NCBI GenBank assembly: GCA_038885615.1
Contig: JAVZZP010000001.1
Span: forward strand, 119,191-183,190
Reading direction: 5' to 3'
DNA length: 64,000 nt
DNA from: Candidatus Pacearchaeota archaeon
GTDB taxonomy: Archaea > Nanobdellota > Nanobdellia > Pacearchaeales > GW2011-AR1
A program made the position numbers and the translations under genes. Below the pieces are notes generated by a model, which made no database searches, was not told the DNA's origin, and saw nothing but the letters and a program-made list of their open reading frames with translations. Below are positions 9,756 to 19,631 of the stretch, in pieces. Every line of letters starts with the position of its first letter. Positions within the stretch are counted from its first letter, which is position 1.

Positions 9756-10314
9756 AAAAGTTGTAAAAGAAAGAATAATAAAATCTTATCGCTTAAAAAT
9801 TTTAGACGAAAAATTAAGAAAATCTCGAACAAAGAAGGAAAGAAAAATTCTTGAAAAAGCCTCAAAAATTATTGATGTTCCAAAAATCTTAGGAAAAGAA
9901 AGCGATTTTTCAATTGAGATGGAATATATTGAAGGCGAAAAAATTTCTAATTGCCTTGATTCTTTTAATGAAGAAAAACAAAAAGAAATAATGACAAAAA
10001 TAGGAGAAATAATTGCAAAACTTCACAAAGAGGACATTATTCATGGCGATTTAACTACTTCAAATATGATTTTAAAAAAAGAAAAAATTTATGTAATTGA
10101 TTTTGGCCTTTCATTCATTTCTAAAAGAATAGAAGATAAAGCAGTTGATTTACATCTAATAAAACAAGCTTTAGAAGCAAAACATTGGAAAAATTATGAA
10201 AATTTATTTAACTGGCTTCTAGAGAGTTATAAAGAAAATTATAAAAAAGCTAATGAAGTTTTAGAAAGATTAAAGAAGGTTGAAAAAAGAGGTCGCTACA
10301 AAGGCAATTATTAA
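9697..10314 (+). CDS. bud32: KEOPS kinase Bud32
   Basis: QGAEA, HGDLTTSN, IDFGL, EDKAVDL, C-terminal RGRY. Confidence 0.93.
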   Translation: MEEKIISQGAEAKIKLIENKKVVKERIIKSYRLKILDEKLRKSRTKKERKILEKASKIIDVPKILGKESDFSIEMEYIEGEKISNCLDSFNEEKQKEIMTKIGEIIAKLHKEDIIHGDLTTSNMILKKEKIYVIDFGLSFISKRIEDKAVDLHLIKQALEAKHWKNYENLFNWLLESYKENYKKANEVLERLKKVEKRGRYKGNY

Positions 10315-11600
10315 AAATTAAAATTTCTTTTTTCAGAAATCTCTCCTGCCAGATTTTCAAGCATTTTTTTCTTTATTTCTTCGTTTTTTCCTAGCAAAGA
10401 TTTTTGTCCTAGAAGCCATGAGAGTTTTACAAAAGCAACTTCTGAAAGCATGTCACCTAATGGAACAAGTCCTGTTTTTAATAACTCTCTTCCGGAAGAG
10501 TAGACATTTAAGTTTAAGCCACCATAAATTGTCTGGGCTGTTCCGAATATAAGCATACCTTCGTCCACAAGTTTTTTTATTGTCGGTAAAAAATTATGCT
10601 TTGCATTAGAAGAAGGGACTTGACCAAGACCCGTAAGCTCTAAAATTAACCCTTTGTAACCTTTTTCCTTATAAAAATTTAATATTTCTGGGTCCTGCCC
10701 GGGATAAACTTTTACTAAAGCAACCTTATCGGAATATTGAGTATTTGCTTTTATTTTTATTTTATTGTTCCTTGCATTAAATTCTCTCAGAATTTTAAAT
10801 TCTTTTAAAGAAATCTCGGCGAAAGGTTCTGAGTTAATAACCTTAAAAGTATCTCTTCTGGAAGTGTGCATTTTTCTCACTCGTGTTCCCGGCATTGCTA
10901 AACAAAATTCATCGTTTAAATCCTTGTGGCCAACAATAGAAACTTCTGCAATATCCGAAACCGCATATTTAACAGCACAGAGCAAATTCAGAGCAGCATC
11001 CGTAGAAGCCCTGTCTATACTTCTTTGGGAGTATGTTAATGCAACTGGCTTATTTGGTTTTCCCAACATAAATGAGAGGGCAGCAGAAGAATAATGCAAA
11101 AAATCTGTTCCATGGGTTACAACTACTCCTGAAATATTATCATCGTTTAAATATTTCTCGCAAGTTTCAGCCAATTTTTTCCAGTCAGCAAAATGCATGT
11201 CTTCTGAAAATTTCATAAAAGGTTTTTCAATAGCGTAAATGTTACATAAATTTTTTATTTCTGGAACAATGTCAAGCAAGTCTTCAGCAGAGGTAGGAAT
11301 TACGCCGCCCGTTTTGTAATCAACTTTGGAAGAAATTGTACCGCCCGTAATTATAAAAACAATGTTTGGAAGTCCTTCTTTTTTTTCTAAAACAAAATCT
11401 TTTTTTTCTTTTTCTTTGGCTTTTTCTAAAATTTCAACATTTAAAATTTCTCTTTCTCTTATGCCTATATTGTAACCGGAAGGAAGCTTTAAGAAGATTA
11501 TTTCAGGATCAAAACTCTCTAGAACAATACCTTCCCAGTCTCTATCTTTGCACTTAAATCTTACCTTGTCGCCTACATTAAGAATTTTTTCCTTTAACAT
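10311..11600 (-). CDS. gatD: Glu-tRNA(Gln) amidotransferase subunit D
   Basis: N-terminal LPSGYNIGI domain, TGGTISSKVDY, THGTD, SQRSIDR, RKMHTSRRD. Confidence 0.93.
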   Translation of the reverse strand: MLKEKILNVGDKVRFKCKDRDWEGIVLESFDPEIIFLKLPSGYNIGIREREILNVEILEKAKEKEKKDFVLEKKEGLPNIVFIITGGTISSKVDYKTGGVIPTSAEDLLDIVPEIKNLCNIYAIEKPFMKFSEDMHFADWKKLAETCEKYLNDDNISGVVVTHGTDFLHYSSAALSFMLGKPNKPVALTYSQRSIDRASTDAALNLLCAVKYAVSDIAEVSIVGHKDLNDEFCLAMPGTRVRKMHTSRRDTFKVINSEPFAEISLKEFKILREFNARNNKIKIKANTQYSDKVALVKVYPGQDPEILNFYKEKGYKGLILELTGLGQVPSSNAKHNFLPTIKKLVDEGMLIFGTAQTIYGGLNLNVYSSGRELLKTGLVPLGDMLSEVAFVKLSWLLGQKSLLGKNEEIKKKMLENLAGEISEKRNFNF

Positions 11601-11634
11601 AAATAAAGAAAAGAAAAGGAGTATAAAAAACTTT

Positions 11635-11943
11635 TTAATCAATTACCTTAACTCTTATAGAAACAGAACGAGGAATTTGAAGCTTCATTATGCCATGCAT
11701 TACCCTATCATTTGAAGGTAAATCAATAATCCTTTTGTGAATCCTCATTTCAAATCTGTCATATGTTTCTGTTCCATTACCACAAGGACTTTTTCTTGTT
11801 GTAACTTTAAGTCTTTTTGTTGGCAAAGGAATTGGACCAGAAATAACTACGCCTGCGTTTTTGGCTATTTCTTTTATATTTTCAATTACGCTATTTAGAG
11901 CATCAATGCTTACACTTTGTAGCTTTATTCTTACTTTTGACAT
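11635..11943 (-). CDS. rpsJ: 30S ribosomal protein uS10
   Basis: GPIPLPT, RKSPCGNG, FEMRIHKRIID. Confidence 0.96.
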   Translation of the reverse strand: MSKVRIKLQSVSIDALNSVIENIKEIAKNAGVVISGPIPLPTKRLKVTTRKSPCGNGTETYDRFEMRIHKRIIDLPSNDRVMHGIMKLQIPRSVSIRVKVID

Positions 11944-11993
11944 AGAGTTATAGAAAAAAATAGCTTTTTAAAACTTACTCATGGATAAAATAT

Positions 11994-12716
11994 ATGAAAA
12001 AAAAGAAAAAATTTCTTTTGTTGTTACTTTTTGTAATAAGTGGTCTTTTATATTATTTTATTTATTCTTTTGGAAATAATAGCGAGAAAGATTTTATTCA
12101 GGAAGAGATAAAAATCAAAAGAGCTCTTGATGGTGATACTCTAGAATTAGAAGATGGAAGGAAAGTCAGAATGCTTGGTATAAATACTCCCGAAAAAGGA
12201 AAATTTATGTCTAAAGAAGCATTAGAAATGACAAAAACTATTGAAAACAAAAAAGTGATTCTTCTTTATAACCAAAAAGACAAATATGGAAGAGTTTTAG
12301 GATACATTTTTTTTGAAGGAGAGAATTTTAACAAAAAAATACTAGAAAATGGTTTGGCTCATTTGTATTACTATGAAAAAGATAGGTTTTTTGAAGAAAT
12401 GAAAGAAACAGAAAAAAGAGCCAGAGAAAATAAAAAAGGTATATGGAAAGAATCTAGAAATAAAGAGTGCGTTTCTCTAATTAAATTTGATTATAAAGAA
12501 AAAAAGAGATGCAATAATGAAGAAATTTTAGTTTTAGAGAACTCTTGCAATAAATCAATAAAAGTTCTTATAAAAGACGATTCTACAAAACAAACAGAAG
12601 AAGAAATTAAACAAGGAATTTTCTCAAAAAACTTTTCTTGTGCTTTTAATGATGAAGGAGATAGCTTGTATGTATGGGATAACGAAGGACTAATTTTATT
12701 TTATAGATATCCTTAA
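11994..12716 (+). CDS. Membrane-anchored thermonuclease (SNase family) with extra C-terminal domain
   Basis: N-terminal TM helix; DGDT, RMLGINTPE, DKYGRVLGY, GIW. Confidence 0.85.
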   Translation: MKKKKKFLLLLLFVISGLLYYFIYSFGNNSEKDFIQEEIKIKRALDGDTLELEDGRKVRMLGINTPEKGKFMSKEALEMTKTIENKKVILLYNQKDKYGRVLGYIFFEGENFNKKILENGLAHLYYYEKDRFFEEMKETEKRARENKKGIWKESRNKECVSLIKFDYKEKKRCNNEEILVLENSCNKSIKVLIKDDSTKQTEEEIKQGIFSKNFSCAFNDEGDSLYVWDNEGLILFYRYP

Positions 12717-12740
12717 AAAACAAATATTGCTGAAAAAAAG

Positions 12741-13478
12741 ATGATAAAAGAAATATTGTTAGCTATAGTCCAAGGAATAACAGAGTTTCTACCCATTTCA
12801 AGTTCAGGACATTTGGCTTTGCTAGGAAAATTTTTTTCAGAAGTCAATTTTTCTATATTTATTTATCTACATATTGCTTCTTTTTTGGCTGTTTTGATTT
12901 TCTTTAGAAAAAAAATAAAAGATGTTATTTTAAACGACAGAAAAAAATTGGCTTTTGTTATTGTTGGAATAATTCCAGCCGCATTTATAGGATTTTTATT
13001 TAAGAATTTTGTTGAAAAAAGCTTTAACTCTTTATTTTTAATAGGAATTTCTTTTTTAATAACAGCAATTTTTTTATTTTTAACAAAATTTCGGAAGGAA
13101 GAAAGAAAACTAGACCTAAAAAGTTCTCTTTTAATAGGGCTATTTCAGATTCTTGCTTTGTTTCCAGGAATTTCTAGAAGCGGAATAACAATTTCTTCTG
13201 CAAGAATTTTAGGGATAAAAAAAGAGGAAGCTTTTGATTTTTCTTTTTTAATGTTTATTCCTTTATCTTTTGGAGCATTTTTAGTTGAAATATCTGAAAA
13301 TAGTACTTTTATTCTTTCAACGAGTTTTTTTATTCCTTTTTTGGTGTGCTTCTTTGTTAGCTATTTTTCTTTAGTTTATCTAAATAAAATTCTAAAAAAA
13401 GGAAAACTTTGGTTTTTTGGAGTATATTGTTTATTGATTGGCATTTTTTCTTTAATTTTTTCTTTCTTTTTTTCTTGA
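12741..13478 (+). CDS. uppP: Undecaprenyl-diphosphate phosphatase (BacA)
   Basis: QGITEFLPISSSGHL and PGISRSGITI motifs. Confidence 0.92.
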   Translation: MIKEILLAIVQGITEFLPISSSGHLALLGKFFSEVNFSIFIYLHIASFLAVLIFFRKKIKDVILNDRKKLAFVIVGIIPAAFIGFLFKNFVEKSFNSLFLIGISFLITAIFLFLTKFRKEERKLDLKSSLLIGLFQILALFPGISRSGITISSARILGIKKEEAFDFSFLMFIPLSFGAFLVEISENSTFILSTSFFIPFLVCFFVSYFSLVYLNKILKKGKLWFFGVYCLLIGIFSLIFSFFFS

Positions 13479-14045
13479 TTCTCTTCTAAACATTTCTAAG
13501 ACAGCATAACGAGTTCTACCGAGTTCTTGTCCTATTTCAGTTGCATTATACCCGGAATCTTTTAAAGAATATGCTAAAGAAATTTCTTCTGCAGTCCAAG
13601 GTCTTTGGCCTCTTGAAATGGCTGCTTTTTTGGCAGCTTCAGTTAGCTTTTCTTTTGATTGAAATAATGCACCTTTTTTGTTTTCTATTGCGCTCTGGTA
13701 AGTATTAAAAGCAGAATTTACTCTGTTTTGTCTAGACCTAAGCGAGTATTCTTCTTCGCTTAAAAGCCCATTATAAACTTCTCCTAAAAGACAATTCTTA
13801 TTTCCATAAAGAGCATATTTTATGGCACTTTCTAAAAGACCTCTATTTCGAATATTAACTCTTTCCATTAAGATGTCATCATTTAAACAAATCTCTGCTA
13901 TGTCTCTTATACTAAAATGCATTGGAAATTCTTCGTCATTTATTACTAGCTTCGCTAAATAAAACGAGCCCATTTCTGGGAACAACTCTTGTAATAACTT
14001 TCCCTTAGCTATTGCTGTTTTAATCAATCTAAATTTATGGTTCAT
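13452..14045 (-). CDS. Hypothetical protein with C-terminal Myb-like/HTH domain
   Basis: RPWTAEEI...GYNATEIGQELGRT pattern. Confidence 0.55.
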   Translation of the reverse strand: MNHKFRLIKTAIAKGKLLQELFPEMGSFYLAKLVINDEEFPMHFSIRDIAEICLNDDILMERVNIRNRGLLESAIKYALYGNKNCLLGEVYNGLLSEEEYSLRSRQNRVNSAFNTYQSAIENKKGALFQSKEKLTEAAKKAAISRGQRPWTAEEISLAYSLKDSGYNATEIGQELGRTRYAVLEMFRRESRKKERKN

Positions 14046-14056
14046 TTAGAAATAGC

Positions 14057-14105
14057 CGGCTGCGCCGCGAGCAGCCGACCTTTCATCACAGCCATTTGTG
14101 ATGAA
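14057..14105. repeat. Two adjacent perfect inverted repeats
   Basis: CGGCTGC-GCCGCGA-GCAGCCG (14057-14077) and TTCATCACA-GCCATT-TGTGATGAA (14082-14105). Confidence 0.8.
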
Positions 14106-14216
14106 CATGAAAAAGAATAAATACACCCAATCTTAAAAAACTATCGATTTTTTTACCACTTAATAAAAAGAAAAATATAAAAAGGTAGTTAATTATTTAA
14201 TTTTCTAGGTTTTAAA

Positions 14217-14657
14217 ATGCTGGAAGAGATTAATAAAGAAAAAACTAGTGCAGACCATCTTTTTTTTGTAAGTTTGAAATACACAAAAACATGTGATGTA
14301 ATTCTGAATCTCATAGAAAGATGGAGAAGCCTAATAGAACTATGCTTTGACCAAATGATAAAGAATAGCATAAAAAATAAAAAAATAAAGGAATTGCCAA
14401 AGAGCCCGAAACATAAAATAGAAGTCGTTGAAAAGAATTTTGGAAAGTATACTGAAGTAAAAGAGATACTCCCTCTTTATATCTTGTTCAAAAGAATTCC
14501 GCTTCTACCAAAGGTAAGGGAAGGGGAATTTAGAAAAAAAGTTGCCTTGAAAATAGATGATGGTGAAAAAACAATAGAAATAAATATGAACAAATTAAAA
14601 GAGTATTACGAAATAGTAGAAAGATTTATAAGTTTAGTAAAACAAAACTTCCTATAA
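14217..14657 (+). CDS. Hypothetical protein, coupled to minD
   Basis: 146-aa ORF (ADHLFFVSLKYTKTCDV) ending 1 nt before minD. Confidence 0.7.
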   Translation: MLEEINKEKTSADHLFFVSLKYTKTCDVILNLIERWRSLIELCFDQMIKNSIKNKKIKELPKSPKHKIEVVEKNFGKYTEVKEILPLYILFKRIPLLPKVREGEFRKKVALKIDDGEKTIEINMNKLKEYYEIVERFISLVKQNFL

Positions 14658-14658
14658 A

Positions 14659-15414
14659 ATGGGGAGAATAATTGCAATACTATCTGGGAAAGGCGGTGTA
14701 GGAAAAACAACCACTTCAATAAACTTGGGTATGGCCCTAAATTCACTAGGAAAGGAAACTATAATTGTTGATCTTAATTTAAAAACACCTAATGTAGGAA
14801 TACATCTCGGAGCCCCTATAGTACCAATAACACTAAATCATGTTCTAAAAGGCAAAGCAGAAATAGAAGAAACAATATATGAACATTATTCTGGAACAAA
14901 AGTCATTCCTTCTTCTTTAACTTTAGAAGAAATAAATGATGGGTACATAAAAAAAATACCTTTTGTTATAAGAAAACTTCGCGATTTTGCAGATTATATT
15001 ATTTTGGATTCTGCTGCAGGTTTTCCAGAAGAAGTTCTTTCTTCTATTGATGCTGGTGACGAGATCATTGTAGTGACCAATCCTGAACTTCCTGCAGTAA
15101 CTGATGCGCTGAAAGCTATAAAAGTTGTAAGAAATAAAGGAAAAGATGTTAAGGGAGCAATAATAACAAGACACAAGGGAGAAAAATATGAAATGTCTTT
15201 GCCTGCAATAAAAAATATGCTTGAGGTGCCTATAATTGGAGTAGTCCCAGAGGATGAAGCAGTAAAAAAAGCAATTCATAAAAAAGATGCTGTAGTCCAT
15301 ATTCATCCAAAAAGCAAAGCGGCAAAAAAATACAGGGAGATAGCTCATAAAATAAACGGGACTTTTGAGAAAAAAGAAAGCCTAATAAAAAAGTTTTTTG
15401 AATTTTTAAGATAA
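14659..15414 (+). CDS. minD: MinD/ParA family ATPase (archaeal MinD)
   Basis: Deviant Walker A KGGVGKTT, DSAAG, amphipathic C-terminus LIKKFFEFLR. Confidence 0.9.
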   Translation: MGRIIAILSGKGGVGKTTTSINLGMALNSLGKETIIVDLNLKTPNVGIHLGAPIVPITLNHVLKGKAEIEETIYEHYSGTKVIPSSLTLEEINDGYIKKIPFVIRKLRDFADYIILDSAAGFPEEVLSSIDAGDEIIVVTNPELPAVTDALKAIKVVRNKGKDVKGAIITRHKGEKYEMSLPAIKNMLEVPIIGVVPEDEAVKKAIHKKDAVVHIHPKSKAAKKYREIAHKINGTFEKKESLIKKFFEFLR

Positions 15415-15697
15415 ATTTTATTTCTTAATTTATAGAGATTTTGCTAAACTATCCTTAAAAAAACTGAAATTGAGATTTATAGTAAAAAAACAAGAAGAAA
15501 AAACCTGAAGGGACAAAGGCCTGCTCTGTACATTGCTTGTTTGTAGAACGAACTACAAAACCTAATTAGTCCAGAACAAATAATATATGTAAAGATTCTT
15601 CTAAAAAATGAAATAGCCTAAAGCCAAAATAATCTAGTTGACAATTTGATTAATTTCTTTTAAATAAATTTAAATAATCTTCTTTTCTAAAAAAAAT

Positions 15698-17206
15698 ATG
15701 GATAAAAAAGAGATTGTAGAAAAACTCTCTCCGCTAGAAAGAAAAATTTTTCCTTTGGTTGGAAATAGTATAGAGGAAATATGCCAAAAAACGTCATTGG
15801 ATAAAACATCTGTTCTAAGAGCGGTTTCCCTTTTAAAAGCAAAAAATCTTATTGAAGTCTTAGAAAAAGAAAAAAAGGTTATTGATCTAGGGTTAAATGG
15901 AGTTTTGTACTCTAGAAAAAGCCTCCCAGAGAGAATACTTCTAAATGAGTTGGCAAAGAAAAAAGAAATTTTAATTGAAAAGAATGAGATAAGTGAACTT
16001 AACGAAAATGAATTTAAAGTTGCAGTAGGAGTATTGAAAAAGAAAGCTCTCATCGAAATAAAAGACAAAAAATTAATATTAAAGGCGAAAGAAGAAGAAA
16101 TAAACAAAAAATTTTTAGAAGAAGAATTTTTAGAGAAGTTACCTCTAGAGTATGACTCTTTAACCCCTGAACAGAAATTTGCTTTTGAAAATTTAAAGGG
16201 TAGAAAAAATATAATAGAAATAAAAAACGTAAAAGAAATTTCTGTCAAACTAACTGAACTTGGGAAATCAATTTCCTCAGAAGATTTAAAGGAGGAACTT
16301 ATTGAGAAATTAACTACAAAGATGATTAAAACATCTTCTTGGAAAGGAAAAAAATTCAGAGCTTATGATATACAAAGCCAAGTTCCTAGAGTTTATGGTG
16401 GAAAAAGGCATTTTGTGAATCAAGCGATAGACTACGCAAAAAAAATTTGGATAGAAATGGGTTTTAAAGAAATGACAGGCAGTATTGTAACAACTAGTTT
16501 CTGGAATTTTGACGCTTTATTTACCCCCCAAGATCACCCTGCAAGAGATGTTCAAGACACTTTTTTTATTTCTAATGCAAAAGGAAAACTTCCTGATAAA
16601 AAATTAGTAGAAGAAGTCAAGAAAGCACATGAGGGAAACTTAAAACAAGGAAAGGGATGGCAAGAAAAATGGAATGAGGAAAAAGCAAAAAGAGTTTGCA
16701 TAAGAACACATACTACTTGCATTTCATCTCAAACATTAAAAAAAATCGCAGAAAAAAAAGAATTTCCTGCAAAATATTTTGCAATTGGAAAGTGCTTTAG
16801 AAACGAAACTGTTGATTGGAGCCATGGCTTTGAATTCAACCAAACAGAGGGAATTGTCGTTGATGAAAATGCAAATTTCAAGCAGCTTCTCGGATATCTA
16901 AAAGCATTCTTTGAAAAAATGGGACACAAAAAATTAAGATTTAGGCCACATTACTTCCCTTATACAGAGCCTTCTGTTGAAATTGATTCTTGGAATGAAG
17001 AAAAAAAATGCTGGATTGAGATTGGTGGAGCAGGAATGTTTAGACCAGAAGTTACAATCCCTTTCTTCGGAAAACATATACCTGTTTTGGCTTGGGGCCC
17101 AGGCTTTGATAGATTAATAATGAATTATTATGAAATAAAAGATTTAAGAGAGCTTTATAAAAACGATTTAAATAAATTAAGAGAGATTAAGTTCTGGATG
17201 CTATGA
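15698..17206 (+). CDS. pheS: Phenylalanyl-tRNA synthetase alpha subunit, archaeal long form
   Basis: FWNFDALFTPQDHPARD, FRNE, FPYTEPS, GGAGMFRPE. Confidence 0.96.
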   Translation: MDKKEIVEKLSPLERKIFPLVGNSIEEICQKTSLDKTSVLRAVSLLKAKNLIEVLEKEKKVIDLGLNGVLYSRKSLPERILLNELAKKKEILIEKNEISELNENEFKVAVGVLKKKALIEIKDKKLILKAKEEEINKKFLEEEFLEKLPLEYDSLTPEQKFAFENLKGRKNIIEIKNVKEISVKLTELGKSISSEDLKEELIEKLTTKMIKTSSWKGKKFRAYDIQSQVPRVYGGKRHFVNQAIDYAKKIWIEMGFKEMTGSIVTTSFWNFDALFTPQDHPARDVQDTFFISNAKGKLPDKKLVEEVKKAHEGNLKQGKGWQEKWNEEKAKRVCIRTHTTCISSQTLKKIAEKKEFPAKYFAIGKCFRNETVDWSHGFEFNQTEGIVVDENANFKQLLGYLKAFFEKMGHKKLRFRPHYFPYTEPSVEIDSWNEEKKCWIEIGGAGMFRPEVTIPFFGKHIPVLAWGPGFDRLIMNYYEIKDLRELYKNDLNKLREIKFWML

Positions 17207-18846
17207 CAAACATCACATTAAATCGCAAAGAAATTGAAAAAAATCTTGGGAAAATTAATGAGGAGTTACAAAACAAAATAATCTCTACAGGAGTAGAAAT
17301 AGAAGACCTCAATGAAAATGAAATTATCTTAGGAATAACTCCGAACAGGCCAGATTTGTTATCTTTGCAAGGTTTTTTAAGACATATGAATCTTTATCTA
17401 GGAAAAAAGAAACCTTCTTCTTATATTGCAGAAGATAACAAGGAATATGAAGTCATTGTAGAAAAATCTGTTAAAGAAGTAAGGCCTTTTACTGCTTGTG
17501 CTGTTGCAAAAAATCTAAATTTTAACGATGAAAGAATAAAAGAAATAATTGACATACAGGAGAAATTGCATTTGACTCTTGGAAGAAACAGGAGAAAGGT
17601 TGCCATCGGGATTTACCCTCTGGAAAAAATAAAGTTTCCTATAAGATTTTTAGCAAGAAAACCTAAGGAAATTGTTTTTAGACCTCTGGAATTTGATAAG
17701 GAAATAGATGGTTTGAGAATTTTAAGAGATCATCCGACAGGAAGAGAGTATGCTTATTTGCTGGAGGGAAAAGAAGTTTTTCCTATTTTTGAGGATGCAA
17801 ACAATAAAATTCTAAGTATGCCGCCGATAATAAATTCTCACGAAACAGGAAAAGTAACTAACGAAACAAAAGATATTTTTATTGAGTGTTCCGGATTTAA
17901 TCTTTTTTATTTAAAAAAGGTTCTTAATATAATCTGTTGTGCTCTAGCAGATATGGGAGCAGAAATTTACAGAGTGAAAGTTAAAGATGGTTGGTCTAGT
18001 TTCTATACTCCGGAGTTTTCAGAAGAAAAAATAGAATTTAGTATAGAACAAATAAACAAAACAATCGGTCTAAATCTAAAAGAAAAAGAAATAGAAAAAT
18101 TGCTTTTGAGAATGGGAATAAAAATTGAAAAATCGAAGAAAGGATTTTTAGCTTTAGTTCCATCATATAGAGTTGATATTTTTAATTGGAGCGATATTGC
18201 TGAAGAGGTTGCTATTGCATATGGCTATGAGAATATTGGTTTTGAAATACCTTCTGTTTCAGTCATTGCAGAAGAAGATAAAAATTTTGTTTTAAAGAGA
18301 AAAATTGGTGAAATTTTGGCGGGACTAGGTTTTTTAGAATGCTCCTCTTTACATCTAAACACAAAAGAAGAAATTAAAAAAATGCATTATCAATTTAAAG
18401 ATTTTATTGAAATTGAAAACTCAAAAACAGAATACAACACCTTAAGAATTGACCTAATGACAAATATTCTTAAGATATTTTCTGAAAACTCTGACTCACA
18501 ATATCCTCAAAAAATTTTTGAAATCGGGCCCGTTTTTTCTCTTGGTGAAAAAAGTGAAACAAGCATTGAAGAAAAACAAAATTTAGCAATAGCGATTTGC
18601 GACGATGAAACAAACTTTACAGAAATAAAAAGAGTTCTCGACTACTTGTTTAAAATGCTTAATAAAAAATACTCGCTTGAAGAAACAGAAAATTCTAATT
18701 ACATACCTGGAAGGGTTGGAAAAATTATTGTAGGTGGTAAAGAGATTGGGTTCATAGGAGAAATTGCCCCAAGAGTTTTAAAGAACTGGAAGATAAATTT
18801 TCCTGTTGCCGGAGTAGAGATCTGTGTTGATGACTTCATCAATTAA
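17203..18846 (+). CDS. pheT: Phenylalanyl-tRNA synthetase beta subunit
   Basis: PNRPDLLS, QEKLH, SMPPIINS, DIAEEVAIAYGY; ATGA overlap with pheS. Confidence 0.95.
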   Translation: MTNITLNRKEIEKNLGKINEELQNKIISTGVEIEDLNENEIILGITPNRPDLLSLQGFLRHMNLYLGKKKPSSYIAEDNKEYEVIVEKSVKEVRPFTACAVAKNLNFNDERIKEIIDIQEKLHLTLGRNRRKVAIGIYPLEKIKFPIRFLARKPKEIVFRPLEFDKEIDGLRILRDHPTGREYAYLLEGKEVFPIFEDANNKILSMPPIINSHETGKVTNETKDIFIECSGFNLFYLKKVLNIICCALADMGAEIYRVKVKDGWSSFYTPEFSEEKIEFSIEQINKTIGLNLKEKEIEKLLLRMGIKIEKSKKGFLALVPSYRVDIFNWSDIAEEVAIAYGYENIGFEIPSVSVIAEEDKNFVLKRKIGEILAGLGFLECSSLHLNTKEEIKKMHYQFKDFIEIENSKTEYNTLRIDLMTNILKIFSENSDSQYPQKIFEIGPVFSLGEKSETSIEEKQNLAIAICDDETNFTEIKRVLDYLFKMLNKKYSLEETENSNYIPGRVGKIIVGGKEIGFIGEIAPRVLKNWKINFPVAGVEICVDDFIN

Positions 18847-19384
18847 AAGCTTCTTCTCTTAAAAAATCTTCCCATTTTTCGAAGTGTTCTGCTATTAATT
18901 CTTCCCCTATGCTTTCAAAGGTTCTTTTTCCCATTTCCCTGTAAAATTCTGGATGGGGGGCACCGTATCTCTTATAAAGCCTATTTAGTGCGTCATAAAA
19001 AAATGACAAAGAAAATAAACAACGTGAAGCAAAATCTTCCCCAAGTTCTTTATAACCTTTATAAAATCCTCTTTCCCTTTCCAAAGAAGAAATTTTCTCT
19101 AAAAAATCAATTGCTAAAGGTAAAAATCTTCCCTCAAAGTGGATGTATCTCTTAAAAAAGCTAGCTAATTTCATAGATTCTTCTTCATCAGCAAAACTAG
19201 CTCTTGAAAAAAGCAGAAGTATAATTTCACTATCAATAGGTAAAACTCCTTCTCTCATCTCACTTACTTTTTTTAAGATTAATGAAGGTAAAATTCTTTT
19301 AAAATCATTGTCATCTACCAATAAATCAATAGATTTCGTGCTCTGTTCTGGAAATAGAGAGTAAAGAGTTTCTCTTTTTGGCAT
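18839..19384 (-). CDS. Hypothetical protein
   Basis: 181-aa ORF, no clear motif. Confidence 0.55.
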   Translation of the reverse strand: MPKRETLYSLFPEQSTKSIDLLVDDNDFKRILPSLILKKVSEMREGVLPIDSEIILLLFSRASFADEEESMKLASFFKRYIHFEGRFLPLAIDFLEKISSLERERGFYKGYKELGEDFASRCLFSLSFFYDALNRLYKRYGAPHPEFYREMGKRTFESIGEELIAEHFEKWEDFLREEAFN

Positions 19385-19474
19385 TAAGTTTGAAAAAAAG
19401 ATAGCTTAAAAAGAATTATTGAAAAAAAGAATATATTACAAAGATTTAAAAATACCGAAAAAAATGAGAATATA

Positions 19475-19627
19475 ATGAAAAAGTTTAATAAAAATCAATG
19501 GCTCGGCATAATTCTTTTAATTTCCGTTTTAATTATCTATTTGCCATTGCCATCTTTTCTTAGTATAACAAAGCAATTAGCCCCGATAGCAGTACTCATA
19601 ATAGGAATAATTCTTTTACTCAAATAA
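19475..19627 (+). CDS. Small 50-aa two-TM membrane protein (below ORF-track cutoff)
   Basis: MKKFNKNQWLGIILLISVLIIYLPLPSFLSITKQLAPIAVLIIGIILLLK*; TTTAAA box ~25 nt upstream. Confidence 0.6.
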   Translation: MKKFNKNQWLGIILLISVLIIYLPLPSFLSITKQLAPIAVLIIGIILLLK

Positions 19628-19631
19628 TTGA

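Noticed and set aside
15415..15697. Intergenic stretch with a TTTGTAG/CTACAAA hairpin and short frames
   Set aside because: A single short AT-rich stem is expected by chance; no convincing ORF.
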